NCBI GenBank assembly: GCA_965649825.1
Contig: OZ287706.1
Location: 310,001-374,000, forward strand
Length of the DNA: 64,000 nt
Direction: 5' to 3'
Source of the DNA: Penicillus capitatus
Taxonomy: Eukaryota > Plantae > Chlorophyta
In this document: positions 60,940 through 64,000 of the stretch, in pieces
Numbering within the stretch: the stretch's first letter is position 1
Layout of the letters: the number at the start of each line of letters is the position of its first letter
Position numbers and translations under genes: made by a program
The notes under the pieces: generated by a model
The model's input: the letters and a program-made list of their open reading frames with translations, nothing else
Told to the model about the DNA's origin: nothing
Database searches by the model: none

Positions 60940-63570
60940 ATGCGATTGCGACGCCACTTGGCGCTCGTTCTCGTTGTTCTGTGCCGTCTGGCGTTGTCCG
61001 AGGGGTCGACGGTGCGACGCGAACGTAGCGTCGATGCGTTGTATGAGGATGCCATGACCATACGGTACGTGTCATGGCTGGCGGAAAAAGAGTGAGAAGT
61101 GCCATAGGTCTCGGCTGGATGTGCCGAAGAGTGAGATGAAACGCGCCTCTTCGCTGTTAATGAAGGCCGCCGGTCTGACATACGATCAGTTGAAACATCC
61201 GAGTCCCGTGCCGCTCAACATTACTGTCCATCGCGGCGTTCTGAGAGAACTCGCATTTGCTCTGGAGGTCACTCTTTGCCGCGGTATTCAAAAGTGTGAG
61301 AATACTGTGACAGATTGGACTGGGCGTTCCGCGCAACGAGCTCCTGTCTTTTCATTTCATGCAGCGCGCTGCCGAGATGGGCGATCCAGTGGCCCACGGG
61401 GATATGTCGACGCGTCAGGCCTTTGGTTTTGCCTCCGAGGAAAACTACGAATCGTCAAAGCTCTCCAGTTTCTCACAGGTTCGATCGCGTCCGTCATTTT
61501 TCTCTTTATGCATAGGCGATCTCGGTCTGCAGGGAGACACCGCACGGGCGTTGCTGCATTTGACGTTTGGGGCATTTGGAAACGACAGTGCGAGTCAGAT
61601 GGCTCTGGGCTATCGTCATATGATCGGCCACGGCGTCCCCCGCAACTGTCCCACTGCTGTGGCGTACTATAACGCCGTGGCCGAGAAGGTCATCGATCTG
61701 GCACGTTTTCCTGGAACACTGCCCATCATCGATAAGACGCGACTGAACCTCCGGACGCATCATGGACTGCGACGTGCCAAAGTGGAACAGTGGCTACAGT
61801 ACTATCAGTATTCGGCAGATCTGGGCGACACCGAAGCCCAAACGACCGTCGCCCAGCTGTTCAACCTTGGATCCCACGGGATCAAGCGTGATTATCATCA
61901 GGCGTTCTACTACTTTAACCTCGCCGCCGATGAAGGAGATGCCAGCGCCATGGGTCACCTCGGCCACATGTACGCGAACGGCCTGGGCGTGGAACGAAAC
62001 CATCAGAAAGCCATTGAACTGTTTCGTCGAGCGGCAGAGCTTAACGACGACAACGGACACTACGGTTTGGGATACATGTATCTGGCCGGATACGGTGTCG
62101 AGAAGGATGTCAAGCAAGCCTTCAACCATTTTAACAAGGTGACGCATCGAGACAGCGACCAATAGATGCGAGATGTGTCTAGGCAGCTGCTCAGGAACAC
62201 ACAGAAGCGCAGTTCAGTCTCGGCGTTATGTATTTGAAGGGACTGGCCGTGCGCGTGAGTCCTGTGCGTGCTATGGCTTTCTTCACAGCAGCCAGTCACG
62301 GAGGACATCTCCTGGCGATGTACAATCTCGCTATGATGCATGTGTCGGGAACAGGAATCGAGCCCAACTGCCAAGCAGCTGTCCATCTACTCAAACAGGT
62401 GTCTGTCCGACGTTCCTGTCCACCATCCAACGGCGCTCTCCTTTAGGTCGCTGAGCAAGGACCGTGGTGTACCGTGCTGCAAGAAGGGCACAATGCCTTT
62501 CATGACGGTTAGGCATCACACCAAAAGAGTGAGATGAGATTCATGGACGGGTGGTCTGTGGTGTTAGGAGATTATACCTATGCGTTGGTATCGTATCTAA
62601 GGGCGTCGCAGATGGGATTGGAATTGGGGCAGTCCAATGCAGCGTGGATGCTGGAACACGGTTTGGGTCCAGGACATCTCTCACAGAACATTCATATGGC
62701 ACTGGGCCTGTACAAGTGGTCTGCCGAACAGGAGAATACAAATTCCCTTCTGGCAGTGGGCGATATCTTCTACTATGGCCGCGGCATCGAAAAGGACTGG
62801 AATCGATCGTCCGGTGTCTACCAACTCGCCGAGAAACAAAAAAGCTCCAGAGCTGCCTACAACCTCGGCTTCATGTACCAGTTCGGTGCTGGACTGCCAA
62901 AAGATCATCATCTCGCCAAACGGTTACTCTCTCACTCTTTTCATGAGGTCACTCTTTTGCGTTTCTTAGGTACTACGATTTGGCGTATGCCCATAATCAT
63001 GACGCGTTCTATGCCGTGAAGCTCGCTTTGGCGTATCTCAGGGTGCATTCCTGGTGGGATCATCGCCGGATGATCTTCCCTTATCTCGTGCGTTCCTGGA
63101 TGGATGCCGCGTTCGTCAGCAAGTATCAGAACGCGACGCACGTTCCTCCTGGATGGTGGTCGAGTCGACAGGCCGATCGTCTCAGGGCGCCAGGCGAGGA
63201 ATCTCTTCTGGAGAAAGTGATGGATGTCATCGATCTCGATACCGCCAGCGACGTCCTACAAGATTTCATGGACGCCTTGACATCTGAAGACCTCGGCGAT
63301 CTCATGGAATCCCTCTTCTTAGCTGGACTGATCATCGTCTTCATCGCCGTCTATCGAAGACGTCGACGCAATCGAAATCCTCGACAAGTCACATCACGAT
63401 CACATCGAATCGAAAGAGAAAAGTGCTATGCTTTCTAGGCAGACCGCAATGCGGCCAATCCACCGGAGCGGCAACCAGAAGCACCAAACGGCGCGCCGCC
63501 GCCACCGGCTGAAGGCGCTCCGGCAGAGCGACCTCCAGATCAGGCCAATCGTGGAGACAATGACGGTTAA
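60940..63570 (+). CDS. HRD3: ERAD component HRD3/SEL1L (signal peptide, SEL1-like repeats, C-terminal TM helix), multi-exon
   Basis: MRLRRHLALVLVVLCRLALS signal; SQMALGYRHMIGHGVPRNCPTAVAYY; AMGHLGHMYANGLGVE; AASHGGHLLAMYNLA; ELGQSNAAWML; RAAYNLGFMYQFGAGLPKDHHLAKRYY; TM LFLAGLIIVFIAVYRRRRR. Confidence 0.92.
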
Positions 63571-63664
63571 TGTAACAACGCATTTCGCTGTACGCTTGCT
63601 TCTCGATGTCGCGACGTCAGAGATGCGCCATGGAGGTGTGACACATGTATGCGTGACCAAAGCG

Positions 63665-64000
63665 TCAAACACATCCTGACGTTTCTAGCCAACCTCTGCC
63701 TCGCTGGGAGAGAAGCGCATTTCTGGCATCTTTTACGCTGGCGGTGTCTGGAGCGCCGTCACGTTTGAGACGCGGGCGGCGCTCGACACTGCAGCCATCG
63801 GAACGGTTGAAGACCTGACCGTCATTGAGCCACTCCTCCAACACCTTCCTCTCCATCCCGTACCCTGTTCTTTTACCACACGACGCAGCTCCATCGTGGA
63901 GATACAGGAAACGGCGGATGCAACGCATTGTATTCTCTGGAGCTTACCAGAAGCACTTGCCCACTTCGATCAGCTCGATATTTATCATCTCGATCGTGAG
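63665..64000 (-). CDS. 3' end of an unidentified gene running off the window
   Basis: GTAAG...CAG intron followed by a terminal exon GYGMERKVLEEWLNDGQVF...LETSGCV*. No motif recognised. Confidence 0.35.

Noticed and set aside
1142-61532. Stop-free introns of 3n length (1142-1192, 12442-12495, 13058-13108, 53542-53592, 61479-61532)
   Set aside because: With introns of about 50 nt, roughly 15 percent are expected to be 3n and stop-free by chance, so five examples are not an excess.
207-63928. The many long antisense or alternate-frame ORFs in the track (e.g. 6004-6786, 20529-21100, 34109-34816)
   Set aside because: Shadows of real coding exons in GC-balanced sequence, with no independent motifs.
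1-64000. Prokaryotic systems (operons, CRISPR arrays, defence islands)
   Set aside because: Genes are spliced eukaryotic genes; no regularly spaced repeat-spacer array or rRNA was seen.
1-64000. Non-standard genetic code (TAA/TAG = Gln, as in some ulvophytes)
   Set aside because: Conserved genes end at TAA or TAG where homologues end (RHIP1, alpha-SNAP, HRD3), and long exons have no in-frame TAA/TAG.

Overview
Eukaryotic nuclear DNA from a compact, intron-rich green-lineage genome, most likely a chlorophyte alga. Basis: plant-type PP7 and RHIP1 genes, short introns mostly 40-60 nt, and a standard genetic code with TAA/TAG/TGA all used as stops. The window has three zones. (i) About 1-25.5 kb and (iii) 58-64 kb are tightly packed housekeeping genes: RHIP1-like, RME-8/DNAJC13, a DnaJ-type zinc-finger protein, alpha-SNAP, ZPR1, CTF18, an RRM protein, PP7, ankyrin, DENN, ORC1, NECAP and HRD3/SEL1L. 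(ii) About 26.5-58 kb is an AT-richer accessory zone. Besides MED7 and a membrane-anchored Kelch gene, it holds six paralogues of an uncharacterised secreted Ala/Ser/Val/Thr-rich protein family with shared intron positions, two invariant Cys and TATA boxes. It also holds a young gag-only LTR element fused tail-to-tail through an inverted primer-binding site to a second, related LTR inside one 5-bp target-site duplication, a tRNA-derived SINE-like repeat, a decayed solo LTR, and pseudogene-like frames (one weakly RDR-like). Five GC-AG introns are required by protein conservation. All family calls come from motif recognition by eye; no database search was run, and exon models are manual.
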